A stretch of DNA of 64,000 nt from Candidatus Latescibacterota bacterium (lineage in GTDB: Bacteria > Latescibacterota > UBA2968 > UBA8231). The DNA lies in contig CBDCDC010000002.1 in NCBI GenBank assembly GCA_965215195.1, positions 2,624,001-2,688,000 of the forward strand, written 5' to 3'. Below are positions 1 through 8,682 of this stretch, piece by piece (positions within the stretch are counted from its first letter, which is position 1; each line of letters opens with the position of its first letter). Below the pieces are notes generated by a model, which saw nothing but the letters and a program-made list of their open reading frames with translations, did not search any database and was not told where the DNA came from. Position numbers and translations under genes: made by a program.

Positions 1-385
1 AGAGGACCGCGTCGTCCTGCTCGGGCCAGTCCCCGACGATGTGCTGGCCATGCTGCGCACCAGTTGCGATCTTTTCCTCATGCCCAACCTCCACATCCCC
101 GGCGATGTCGAAGGCTTCGGCCAGACCCAACTCGAATGTATGTACGCTGGCACCCCGGCCGTGGCCTTTGCCGTCGATGCCCTAACCGAAAGCGTACGCG
201 AAGGCGGATTTCTCGTCGCCCCGGAGGACTACCCGGCCTTCGTCGAACAGATCCATCGCTTCTTCGCGCTCGGCCCGGCCGAGCGCGCCGATCTAGGCCG
301 CCAGTGCCGCGCGTACGTGCGACGCGAATACTCTCGGGAAAGAATCGCCGGCCAATACATGGACCTTTTTATTGGAAAGACCTAA
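1..385 (+). CDS. Glycosyltransferase family 4 (GT-B), 5'-truncated by window edge
   Basis: Frame open from position 2; C-terminal GT4 motifs DLFLMPN..EGFG..LE.M.AGTP.V and YS.ERIA.QY. Confidence 0.85.
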   Translation, partial: EDRVVLLGPVPDDVLAMLRTSCDLFLMPNLHIPGDVEGFGQTQLECMYAGTPAVAFAVDALTESVREGGFLVAPEDYPAFVEQIHRFFALGPAERADLGRQCRAYVRREYSRERIAGQYMDLFIGKT

Positions 386-390
386 GCGCC

Positions 391-1440
391 ATGCACTTTA
401 CCGAACTCGACACCCCCGCCTTGTGCGTCGATCTCGACGTGCTAGAGAAAAACATCCGCGACTTGCAACGCGCCTGCGACCAGCTCGAAATTGGCCTGCG
501 CGTCCACACCAAGACCCACAAGACGCCGGCCATTGCGCGCATGCAAGTCGCCGCCGGGGCCATTGGCATCGTCAGCCAGAAGCTCGGGGAGGCCGAGGCC
601 ATGGCCGACGGGGGCATTCAAGACATCCTGATTCCCTACAACATCGTCGGCCAGCCCAAGCTAGCCCGCTTGACGCGCCTGATCCAAAGCGGCCAGAGCA
701 CCCTGACGCTCGCTGCCGACTCCGCGACCACCGTTGACGGGCTGGCACAGGCAGCCACGGCCGCCGGTTGCCGCATCCGCGTAATCATCGAGATGGACAC
801 CGGCGGCGGCCGCGTCGGCACCCAATCGCCGGCCGCCACCCTCGCCCTCGCCCAGCACATCGACCAGCTCCCGGGGCTGGACTTTACCGGCGTTATGACC
901 TATCCGAGCAGCGAGCGCGCCCGCCCCTTCCTCGACGAGGTGCGCGAAGGGGCACACAAAAGCGGCCTGCCGCTGCACATCATCAGCGGCGGCGGCACCG
1001 GCAGCGAAGCCATCTCCAAATCCCTCGGCTGTACCGAGACCCGCATCGGCTCGTACGCCTATGAGGGCATGACCCGCGTGGGCAAGCGCGAAGACCTCGA
1101 TCCCACTCGCTGCCCGTTGCGCCTAGTCGTCACCGTGGTCAGCACCTCCCGCCCGGGGCAAGCCATCGTCGATGCCGGGCAGAAGGCCTTCACCAGCTAT
1201 CCGCCGACTCCTTATGGCTACTGCATTGAGCAGCCTGAGCTTTTTATCAAAGGCATGTCCGTCGAGCACGGCCACGTCGATACCACCGCCGCAAATCGTC
1301 CAGTCAAGGTAGGCGATATGCTCTCTTTCATCCCCCTGCACGGCGGGATGACCACCAACCTCCACGACCGCCTCTTCGCCCTCCGCAATGGCGAGGTCGT
1401 CGAAGAATGGGCAGTCGCCGGCCGAGGCCGCGCCCAGTAG
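391..1440 (+). CDS. PLP-dependent D-threonine aldolase / D-serine dehydratase-like protein (alanine racemase fold)
   Basis: ATG at 391; LDTPAL.VDLD, RVH.KTHK PLP lysine, EMDTGGGRVG, DAGQK, SVEHG. Confidence 0.9.
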   Translation: MHFTELDTPALCVDLDVLEKNIRDLQRACDQLEIGLRVHTKTHKTPAIARMQVAAGAIGIVSQKLGEAEAMADGGIQDILIPYNIVGQPKLARLTRLIQSGQSTLTLAADSATTVDGLAQAATAAGCRIRVIIEMDTGGGRVGTQSPAATLALAQHIDQLPGLDFTGVMTYPSSERARPFLDEVREGAHKSGLPLHIISGGGTGSEAISKSLGCTETRIGSYAYEGMTRVGKREDLDPTRCPLRLVVTVVSTSRPGQAIVDAGQKAFTSYPPTPYGYCIEQPELFIKGMSVEHGHVDTTAANRPVKVGDMLSFIPLHGGMTTNLHDRLFALRNGEVVEEWAVAGRGRAQ

Positions 1441-1461
1441 GGGCAACCCTCGTGGTCGCCC
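1437..1461 (+). repeat. GTAG-type REP-like palindrome
   Basis: GTAGGGGCAACCCTCGTGGTCGCCC overlaps the TAG stop; related copies at 2757-2780 (inverted, degenerate), 11447-11474 and about 62818-62864. Confidence 0.6.
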
Positions 1462-1607
1462 AACCCAAAAAACCCGCGTACTTGCCCACTCGCTGATGGC
1501 GGAGCTAGCTGAGCAAGGGTGGACCACCATCTATGTCAAGAGGGACATGGACGACATAGGGAACGAGATGGTTATGCAGCGGTACAGATACCGACCGTAG
1601 TTCGATT

Positions 1608-1641
1608 AAGAGCGGCGTCAGAGAGTCTGGTGCCGCCTTTT
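1608..1641 (+). terminator. Intrinsic terminator-like hairpin
   Basis: GCGGCGTCAGA-GAG-TCTGGTGCCGC (with G-U pairs) followed by CTTTT, after a short ORF remnant ending at 1600. Confidence 0.5.
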
Positions 1642-1665
1642 CAATTCCGACGCGGAGGATACTTT

Positions 1666-2415
1666 ATGGTTGCCTTAGTTGTTCTTGCAACTCTCGCCAC
1701 GCAGTCCATTGCCCAAGATCAGACAAGAACGGAGAGTCTATCTTTCCCCAATTGGGATGTGGATGTCACGCGGGACATCTTTGGGGTCAGGGAGGTTCTG
1801 TCGCAGACCAAGGGAGAGTATGTCTCAATGGAGGATGAGGCTTCGGGAGTGCTGAGTGCCGAATCGCCTCCCGTGTTCTTTGTTTTGTGTAGGTTTAATC
1901 AGCACAAAGAGTCCTACATAAATGTGGGAGTCAGGCTTCCAGGGACATACTTTGACATACCAGACAACTCCTGTAAGACAGGAGCGGAGGAGTTCTTGGA
2001 GTTCTCGTCTGTTGTTTCGCAAGTAACGGCCATGGTTAAGGATGTCAAAGAAGACAGATTTATACACAATTATAGATTTTTCTATACGGCGAATCCGCGA
2101 ATGTGTGGGAAGTTGAACTGGAAAAAGAAAAAGATGCACGAGTTTAGGGCTGTTCACGACGCGGGGTGGACATGGCTAATCAATAGAGACGACAGACGAG
2201 GGACGTTCAATAAGACGAAGGAGTTGATTAAAAAACAGGATGAACACGGGCGATCTGTGATTGGAGTCTATGAGGAATATCGCGGCATAAAGCTCTCGTT
2301 CAATCTTGCAGGTCTCAAGGATGTCTATAACGCCATGTTTCTTGACTGCGGTGTTCACAAATGGAATCCGAATCTAACTGACCCAGATGAATGGAGAAGA
2401 TATGTATTCAAGTAG
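1666..2415 (+). CDS. Hypothetical exported protein, lower GC (probably foreign)
   Basis: GGAGG RBS at 1654-1658, ATG 1666, signal peptide MVALVVLATLATQSIA; AT-richer codons; no recognisable domain. Confidence 0.7.
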   Translation: MVALVVLATLATQSIAQDQTRTESLSFPNWDVDVTRDIFGVREVLSQTKGEYVSMEDEASGVLSAESPPVFFVLCRFNQHKESYINVGVRLPGTYFDIPDNSCKTGAEEFLEFSSVVSQVTAMVKDVKEDRFIHNYRFFYTANPRMCGKLNWKKKKMHEFRAVHDAGWTWLINRDDRRGTFNKTKELIKKQDEHGRSVIGVYEEYRGIKLSFNLAGLKDVYNAMFLDCGVHKWNPNLTDPDEWRRYVFK

Positions 2416-2436
2416 TATCAGCACGATAGAGAGATA

Positions 2437-2616
2437 CCTTACTACACGACACCTGCCTCCAGCCGCCGGCGGTCGTTTCCGTTTCGGTGCAGGACCTATC
2501 CCCCCGGCCCCCTTTCCGATGCGGAAAGGGGGAGCCGATGCGTTCCCCCCTTTCGCGTCGGAAGGGGGGCTAGGGGGGGTAGGTCAACCAGACAACGCTG
2601 GGGTCGCGTAGTAAGG
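2437..2616. mobile_element. MITE (family A, copy 1) carrying a C/G-rich double palindrome
   Basis: Terminal inverted repeats (TIRs) CCTTACTACACGACACCTG / reverse complement CCTTACTACGCGACCCCAG (16/19); perfect 7-bp direct repeat AGAGATA at 2430-2436 and 2617-2623. Confidence 0.75.
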
Positions 2617-2830
2617 AGAGATACTTAGGGCATGGATCGCCGAGGCTGCCGATCTGCCTTGGTGGCTATTGAATTGCTCATCAACTACATGCGAGTCCGG
2701 TTACTAGATGTATTCAATGCCATATCCTTCAAGGCACCCGATGCCCCGGTCAAGCTAGGACCACCACGGGGTCGCCCACTCACCCTTTAGAAGCCCGACC
2801 CTCACCCCTTTTCCACACCGGAAGGACGCC

Positions 2831-3703
2831 ATGGAAATCCAACCCCAACCACAAGTATTCGCCGTCGATGAGCAAAACTTTGAAGAGCTGGTCCTCCAAG
2901 GCTCTCTAGAGCGCGTCATCGTCGTCGATTTTTGGGCCCCTTGGTGCGGCCCCTGCAAGACTTTAGGCCCCATCCTCGAAGACGTCGTCGCGGCGCTGGG
3001 CCCCGGCGTGGCCCTAGCCAAGATCAACGTCGATGAAAACCAGCAGCTCGCCATGGCCTTTCGGGTGCAAGGCATCCCCGCGGTCAAAATCGTCAAGGAC
3101 GGCCAGCTAGCCCAAGAATTCACCGGCGCTCTGCCGAGAGAGCAGATCGAGGCCATTCTCCGCCCCTTGATCCCCGACGCCTCCATTCCCGAAGCCCAAG
3201 CGATTGATGAAGCCAACGACTTAGCGGCCACCGGTGACCTCGCCGAGGCCGCACACCAGTACGAGAACGTGCTTGAAGAAAATCCCACCGATGGCCCCGC
3301 CCTCCTCGGCCTAGCGAAGATCCACCTGCAGCAGGGCCGCTTCGAGACCGTGCAGGAACTGGTCAATCTCGTCGAAGAAGACACCCCCGAACACCCACAG
3401 GCCCAAGCACTACTCACCCAGATTGAGTTCGCGCAAAAGTGCCAGCAGGCCGGAGGCCGCGCCGCCTGCGCCCAACGGATACTCGGCCAGCCAGACGACC
3501 CAGAGGCCCGCTACCTATTGGCCTGTTGCGCGGCCTCCGAAGGCGACTACGAAACCGCGTTGCGGGAGTGGCTACACATGGTGGGAAAAAGATCGAACAG
3601 CGACCGCGCTAAGGACGCCATGGTCGCAGTTTTCCATCTACTCGGCCGCGACAACCCGCTGGTGGCCTCCTACCAGCGCAAGCTCTACCAAGCCCTGTAC
3701 TGA
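2831..3703 (+). CDS. ybbN: Thioredoxin-TPR chaperedoxin (YbbN/CnoX family)
   Basis: DFWAPWCGPCK thioredoxin site, TPR-like helices, C-terminal YQRKLYQALY. Confidence 0.9.
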   Translation: MEIQPQPQVFAVDEQNFEELVLQGSLERVIVVDFWAPWCGPCKTLGPILEDVVAALGPGVALAKINVDENQQLAMAFRVQGIPAVKIVKDGQLAQEFTGALPREQIEAILRPLIPDASIPEAQAIDEANDLAATGDLAEAAHQYENVLEENPTDGPALLGLAKIHLQQGRFETVQELVNLVEEDTPEHPQAQALLTQIEFAQKCQQAGGRAACAQRILGQPDDPEARYLLACCAASEGDYETALREWLHMVGKRSNSDRAKDAMVAVFHLLGRDNPLVASYQRKLYQALY

Positions 3704-3710
3704 GAACGCC

Positions 3711-4766
3711 GTGCAGATTACCCGCCTTGAACGCACCGTCTGTTGCGTACCCTTTCTCCCCGGCATCCTGCCCCCGCCCGAGTACGACGAGCCTGCGCCC
3801 GGCTATCCCGAGCCCCTCTCGGCGCGGCGCCAAGACGTCCTCCGGATCCACACCGACCAAGGACTAACCGGCCTCGGCATGAGCGGACCGTACTACGGCG
3901 ACCGCGCAGAGCAACCGCCCGACTTGATCGGCAAAGACCCCAACACCTTTGAGCCACGCTCCTTGCGCGGCGGTGGCTGGAACATCGCCCTCCTCGACCT
4001 GATCGGCAAAACGATCGGCTGGCCACTGTGCCGCATGTTCGGCGGCAAGCTGCAGGACAAGGTGCTGGTTGACTACTGGATCGGGCGGATGAGCGCCACG
4101 GATACCGCCTGCGCGGCCCAACGCGCCGCCGAGCTGGGTTTCCACGGCATCAAAATGAAGTGCAAGTGGGAGGATGCCAATATGGAGGATCGGGTCCGCG
4201 CCACCCTCGAAATCGCGCCGCACCTGCGGGTGGTTCTAGACCCCAACGAGCGCTTCTACACTCTCAAAAACGCGCTCGACCTAGCCCGCCGTCTCGACGG
4301 ACTCGACGTGGTCTTTGAAGATCCCTTCCCCAAAACCGATCTCAACGAATATCGCCGCCTCAAGGAAGAGACCAGCGTCCTCGTCGCCCCGCACTTCCAG
4401 AACCCCCGTCAGATCATCGACGCAGTGCATCTCAAAGCAATTGACGCCTTCAACGTCGCCCCCTCGGATTGGGACTTCCTCGACATGGCCCGCATCGCCG
4501 CAAGCGGGGACATCCCGGTGTGGCAAGCCTCCAATGTCGATCTGGGGATTTTCGATGTCTTCCGTCTCCACGCTGCGGCCGCCGCGCCCAACTGCACCTT
4601 TGGCTCCGACCTCTGCGGCAACTTCGCACACGAGCACAGCCTGCTCAAAGAGCCGCTGGTCCAAGACGGCTACGCAATCGTGCCCACTGGACCGGGTTTG
4701 GGCGTGGAATTGGACGAGGAGGCCGTCGCCTGTTACGCCATCTCCGCGCAGCAGTGGTCCGCCTAG
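3711..4766 (+). CDS. Mandelate racemase / muconate lactonizing enzyme family (enolase superfamily)
   Basis: GTG 3711; IALLDLIGK..G.PL...FGG, GFHGIKMK, DPNE, FEDP, PTGPGLGVELDEE. Confidence 0.9.
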   Translation: MQITRLERTVCCVPFLPGILPPPEYDEPAPGYPEPLSARRQDVLRIHTDQGLTGLGMSGPYYGDRAEQPPDLIGKDPNTFEPRSLRGGGWNIALLDLIGKTIGWPLCRMFGGKLQDKVLVDYWIGRMSATDTACAAQRAAELGFHGIKMKCKWEDANMEDRVRATLEIAPHLRVVLDPNERFYTLKNALDLARRLDGLDVVFEDPFPKTDLNEYRRLKEETSVLVAPHFQNPRQIIDAVHLKAIDAFNVAPSDWDFLDMARIAASGDIPVWQASNVDLGIFDVFRLHAAAAAPNCTFGSDLCGNFAHEHSLLKEPLVQDGYAIVPTGPGLGVELDEEAVACYAISAQQWSA

Positions 4767-5533
4767 GCCGGGACCAGCGCCTTTGCGCCAAAGATCATCG
4801 GATAGCCTGCGCCCGTGTGCACGGAACGCGCGGCTCCGTCCATATAGGCGATGCTAAAGGCGCGGCGCGACTGACCCGTCGGGTTGATTCCCGAGCGGTG
4901 CAGCAGCAGGTTGTTGAGCAAAATCGCCTCGCCCGCCTCGGCTTCGAGGTCGATTTCTGCTCCCGGCGGCGCGCATTCGGCTAGCTGCTCGGCCGAGGGA
5001 AAATGCCTTTCGGTGATCACCCCGCGCTGGTGGCTGCCGGGCACGATCTGCATACAGCCGTTTGCGACCGTCGCCGGGTCGAGCGCGGTCCACACTGTGA
5101 TCGTCGGATTGTAACCCACGCCCCAGCCCACGCCTACGTCTTGGTGCCAAGGCAGTACCGTGCCCTTTTCCGCCGGCTTATTCATAAACATCGCCCGGAA
5201 AATCGACACATCCTCGCCGATATAGCACCGGGTGATCTGGCGGAAGAGCGGGTGCTGCATGTAGGTGAGATAGACGGGGTCCTGCTCCAAGCCCATGATC
5301 TTGCGGTACTGGAGCGTGGCCCCTTTGTGGCCGGGGGAGACGATGGGCATCTTCGCGTAGTCGGCGTCCTCCCCGTCGAGCTGAAAGTCCATCTCCGGGT
5401 AGGGGAGCTCGCCGAGCATGATCGCGTTGATGCGCTGCTGTAATTCGGCCAATCCCGCGTCGTCGAGTACTTTGCCGAGCCGCGCGTACCCGTGCTGCTC
5501 AAAGTGGGCGTGGTGTTCATCGCTGTATTCCAT
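4763..5533 (-). CDS. Phytanoyl-CoA dioxygenase family protein
   Basis: FEQHGY, PWHQD, WTALD.AT..NGCMQIVPGSH, LLHRSG.N...RRA. Confidence 0.9.
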   Translation of the reverse strand: MEYSDEHHAHFEQHGYARLGKVLDDAGLAELQQRINAIMLGELPYPEMDFQLDGEDADYAKMPIVSPGHKGATLQYRKIMGLEQDPVYLTYMQHPLFRQITRCYIGEDVSIFRAMFMNKPAEKGTVLPWHQDVGVGWGVGYNPTITVWTALDPATVANGCMQIVPGSHQRGVITERHFPSAEQLAECAPPGAEIDLEAEAGEAILLNNLLLHRSGINPTGQSRRAFSIAYMDGAARSVHTGAGYPMIFGAKALVPA

Positions 5534-5640
5534 TAGCTGCTCCCTTTCGTTTCCCTAGAGATGGGCAATGTTCTCCCCTGTGTCAAATTTTCCTACCTTT
5601 CTACCCGCCCGTCCGCTCCTTTCCAAACGAGGAATTTCAC

Positions 5641-7377
5641 ATGCCAGACAAAAACCAAATGCGAATTTGCTACTCTTGGTTTTGTTGCGCCTTGCTCTTA
5701 GCGTGCAGTGGTGCCGAAGACCACGCGGAACAGCGGCAAGTCCCTCGTGAGCGGACGCTGATCCTCGGACTGACCCAGATGCTGGACTACGACGCCTTCA
5801 ACCCCTTTATCCCCGGCATGGTGTCTGCGACCGGATCTAATTTCCTCTTCGAGCCGCTCTATTACTACAATGCCTATAGCGAAAAGGACAACCTCATCCC
5901 CCATATCGCGGAGACCCACCAATACAACGAGGATTACACCGAAGTCACCATCAAAATTCGCGCTGGGGTCCAGTGGAGCGACGGCATGCCGTGGACAGCG
6001 CACGACTTGGTCTTTACCATCAATATGCTCAAGGCCCATGCGCCGGAACTGCTTCTGTCCACCGACATGCAAACTTGGGTCGCCGAGGCCGAGGCCGTGG
6101 ACGGGCTGACGGCGCGCATCACACTGCGGGCATCCAATCCAAGATTTCTGTTTTCGTACTTCACCGATTGTTTCGGCAATGGGGTCCGCATCGTCCCCGC
6201 GCACATCTGGAAAGACCAAGACGCCAAGACCTTCAAAAACCTCGACCTCGCCAAGGGCTGGCCGGTGGTCAGCGGGCCTTACCGCCTAGTGATTGCCGCT
6301 CCCGAACAGCGAGTTTGGGATCTGCGGCCGGACTGGTGGGCGGCCAGATTGGGGTTCCAGAGACTACCCAAGGTGGAGCGCATCATCTATCTGCCCTTCG
6401 GCAATGAAGCCAAGTGGTCCCAGCAACTCTTGGCCAACGAGATCGATTCGAGCGTCGACTTGCGCCCAGTCAATATCAAGACCGTTCTCGAGCAAAATCC
6501 CAACATTTCCACTTGGACAGGCAGGGAAGCACCTTACGGCTATCTGGATTGGTGGCCGCTGTCCCTCGGTTTCAACAATCTCGAAGAGCCCTTCAGCGAC
6601 CCGGAGATCCGCTGGGCCGTCAACTACGCGATCAATCGCGCCCAAGTAGTTGATGTAGGTTGGCAGGGGGCGGGCACGTTCACCCTGCATCCCTATCCCG
6701 AATTTCCCCCGCTGATGCGCTATATCGACCAGATCCAAGATCTTTTCGCTCAATACCCGTTGAATACCTACGATCCGGCCCGCACGGCCGAGATCATGGA
6801 GCGCAAGGGATGGCACAAGGACGAGGACGGGTTTTGGCGCAAGGACGGGACGCGCCTCAAGATAGTGGTCGACGTCTTTCCCAACCTCTTCCAGGACTTC
6901 ACGCCGGTGCTGATCGAACAATTGCGCCAAGCCGGTTTTGACGCCAGCTTCCGCGCCACCAACGACGCCTATACCCGCATGACCCAAGGCACGGCCCGGG
7001 CCTTTGTGATAGGACACGCGGCTTCGGTGCGGGACCCTTATTTCACCTTGCGCCTCTACCACAGTCGCTTCGTGCAGCCAACCGGGACGGCGGCCGAGTA
7101 CTTCTGGCGTTGGAAAAATGAGGAATTCGACGCGATCGTCGACCGCATGGCCGAGGTCGCGCCGGAAGATCCGGAGTTGGTCGCGCTCTTCCGCAAGGCA
7201 ATGGATATCTGGTTGCGCGAACTGCCTTCGATCCCCCTGATCCAGTGGTATCACCGGATTCCCCACAACGAGACCTATTGGAAAAACTGGCCCACGGCTG
7301 CAAACCCCTACGTCAACAGCGCCTATTGGCACCGCACCTTTCTGCTCGTCTTACTCAATTTAGAACCCACACATTGA
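5641..7377 (+). CDS. Peptide/nickel ABC transporter substrate-binding lipoprotein (family 5); no permeases adjacent
   Basis: Lipobox LLAC; LFEPLY, IRAGVQWSDG.PWTAHDLVFT, SGPY, PF.DPEIRWAVNYAINR. Confidence 0.9.
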   Translation: MPDKNQMRICYSWFCCALLLACSGAEDHAEQRQVPRERTLILGLTQMLDYDAFNPFIPGMVSATGSNFLFEPLYYYNAYSEKDNLIPHIAETHQYNEDYTEVTIKIRAGVQWSDGMPWTAHDLVFTINMLKAHAPELLLSTDMQTWVAEAEAVDGLTARITLRASNPRFLFSYFTDCFGNGVRIVPAHIWKDQDAKTFKNLDLAKGWPVVSGPYRLVIAAPEQRVWDLRPDWWAARLGFQRLPKVERIIYLPFGNEAKWSQQLLANEIDSSVDLRPVNIKTVLEQNPNISTWTGREAPYGYLDWWPLSLGFNNLEEPFSDPEIRWAVNYAINRAQVVDVGWQGAGTFTLHPYPEFPPLMRYIDQIQDLFAQYPLNTYDPARTAEIMERKGWHKDEDGFWRKDGTRLKIVVDVFPNLFQDFTPVLIEQLRQAGFDASFRATNDAYTRMTQGTARAFVIGHAASVRDPYFTLRLYHSRFVQPTGTAAEYFWRWKNEEFDAIVDRMAEVAPEDPELVALFRKAMDIWLRELPSIPLIQWYHRIPHNETYWKNWPTAANPYVNSAYWHRTFLLVLLNLEPTH

Positions 7378-7555
7378 GGCATGGATGTTCAAATGCCGCC
7401 TAGCATTGTCTTGGATTGCAAATCCAACTCCATCTGATATGAAATAGAAATCAGAACCTTTAGGTTCAGATACATTTCTACTACTTTATAGGCGACAGTA
7501 AGCGTCGTCTGTCTTGCCCCATCAACGCCATACCAAACGAAAGGAATCACATCCC

Positions 7556-8626
7556 ATGAAGAAATCCGATCCATTTGAAAAGGGCCTCGCAGCCGGCGAG
7601 GCCGCGGCTGCGGCCGCCGGAGGCGCGTCGCAAACATCGGCGCACAGCGGGCGCATGTATGTGCGCACCCAGAGTTTTGGGTCAACCGATGCCGAGTTGC
7701 GCTTTTTGCAGCGCTGTGGCGTGCGCCACAAGGCCGCCACCTTTCCCTTCCACCCCGACCGCGGTTGGGATCTCGACGAGTTGGTCCGAGAAAGAGAGCG
7801 TCACGCGGCCTTCGGGCTAACACTCGATATGAGCCTGCTACCCATATATCAGGAATTTCCCAACATCATCTATTTTGGCAAAAGCCCGGAGCGCGACCGG
7901 GAAATCGACCTCGTATGCGAAATGATCCGCACCGCTTCGCGCGCCGGCATCAACTCTCTGCGCTATAACACGTGCATCCTGCCCATCGACCGCACCGAAC
8001 AAGAAGAAGGTCGCGGCGGCTACTACCACACGGCGTTCCGCCTAGACAAGGTCCCGGCAGAAGAACAGGCCAAGCTAACTGAGGCCGGGCGCGTCACCGC
8101 CGACATGCACTGGGAGCGAATTGAGTACTTGCTCGAACGCGTGATTCCGGTGGCCGAAGAATTCAAGGTTCGCATGGGCAATTCTCAGGAAGATCCTGCC
8201 ACCCCCCCCGGTTATAAGGGCGTTGACAAAGTCCTCAATGACTTTGAGGGCATGCAGCGTTTCATCGAGATTCAGCGCAGTCCGTATCACGGCTGGAATT
8301 TCTGCGTCGGCTCCATCGCCGAAGGGCTCGCAGATCCGGCCAGTGAAATCTATCCCATCATAGAATACTTTGGCAGCCGCAATACGATCTTCCTCGTTCA
8401 CTATCGCAACCTCCTCGGGGGGCGCTACAGCTTCCGCGAGGCCCTGCCCGATGAAGGCGATATGGACTTCCACCGGGTCTTAAAGGCCCTCAAGGACACC
8501 GGCTACTGTTACGGCATTGATCCCGACCACGTCCCGCGCACCGACGACGATCCCAAGGGCTACTATCAGTCCTATGCTTACTGCTTCGGCTACATCAATG
8601 CCATGATTCAGGCGATCTACGGTTAA
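7556..8626 (+). CDS. Mannonate dehydratase (UxuA)-like TIM-barrel protein
   Basis: AAGGA upstream of ATG 7556; YLLERVIPVAEE, NFCVGS, I.LVHYRN, DEGDMD, PDHVP, AYCFGYINA. Confidence 0.8.
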   Translation: MKKSDPFEKGLAAGEAAAAAAGGASQTSAHSGRMYVRTQSFGSTDAELRFLQRCGVRHKAATFPFHPDRGWDLDELVRERERHAAFGLTLDMSLLPIYQEFPNIIYFGKSPERDREIDLVCEMIRTASRAGINSLRYNTCILPIDRTEQEEGRGGYYHTAFRLDKVPAEEQAKLTEAGRVTADMHWERIEYLLERVIPVAEEFKVRMGNSQEDPATPPGYKGVDKVLNDFEGMQRFIEIQRSPYHGWNFCVGSIAEGLADPASEIYPIIEYFGSRNTIFLVHYRNLLGGRYSFREALPDEGDMDFHRVLKALKDTGYCYGIDPDHVPRTDDDPKGYYQSYAYCFGYINAMIQAIYG

Positions 8627-8682
8627 TCCATCTGTAGCGGGCGTTACCTTTCTCTCGCCTGAGGTGTCGTAATAGTAGAGCG

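Noticed and set aside
7378-7555. Short palindromes (TTGGATTGCAAATCCAA, GAACCTTTAGGTTC) in an AT-rich spacer
   Set aside because: Could be operators, but they are single copies and cannot be assigned.
8663-8678. GGTGTCGTAATAGTAG resembling a family A TIR
   Set aside because: No partner TIR or flanking duplication.
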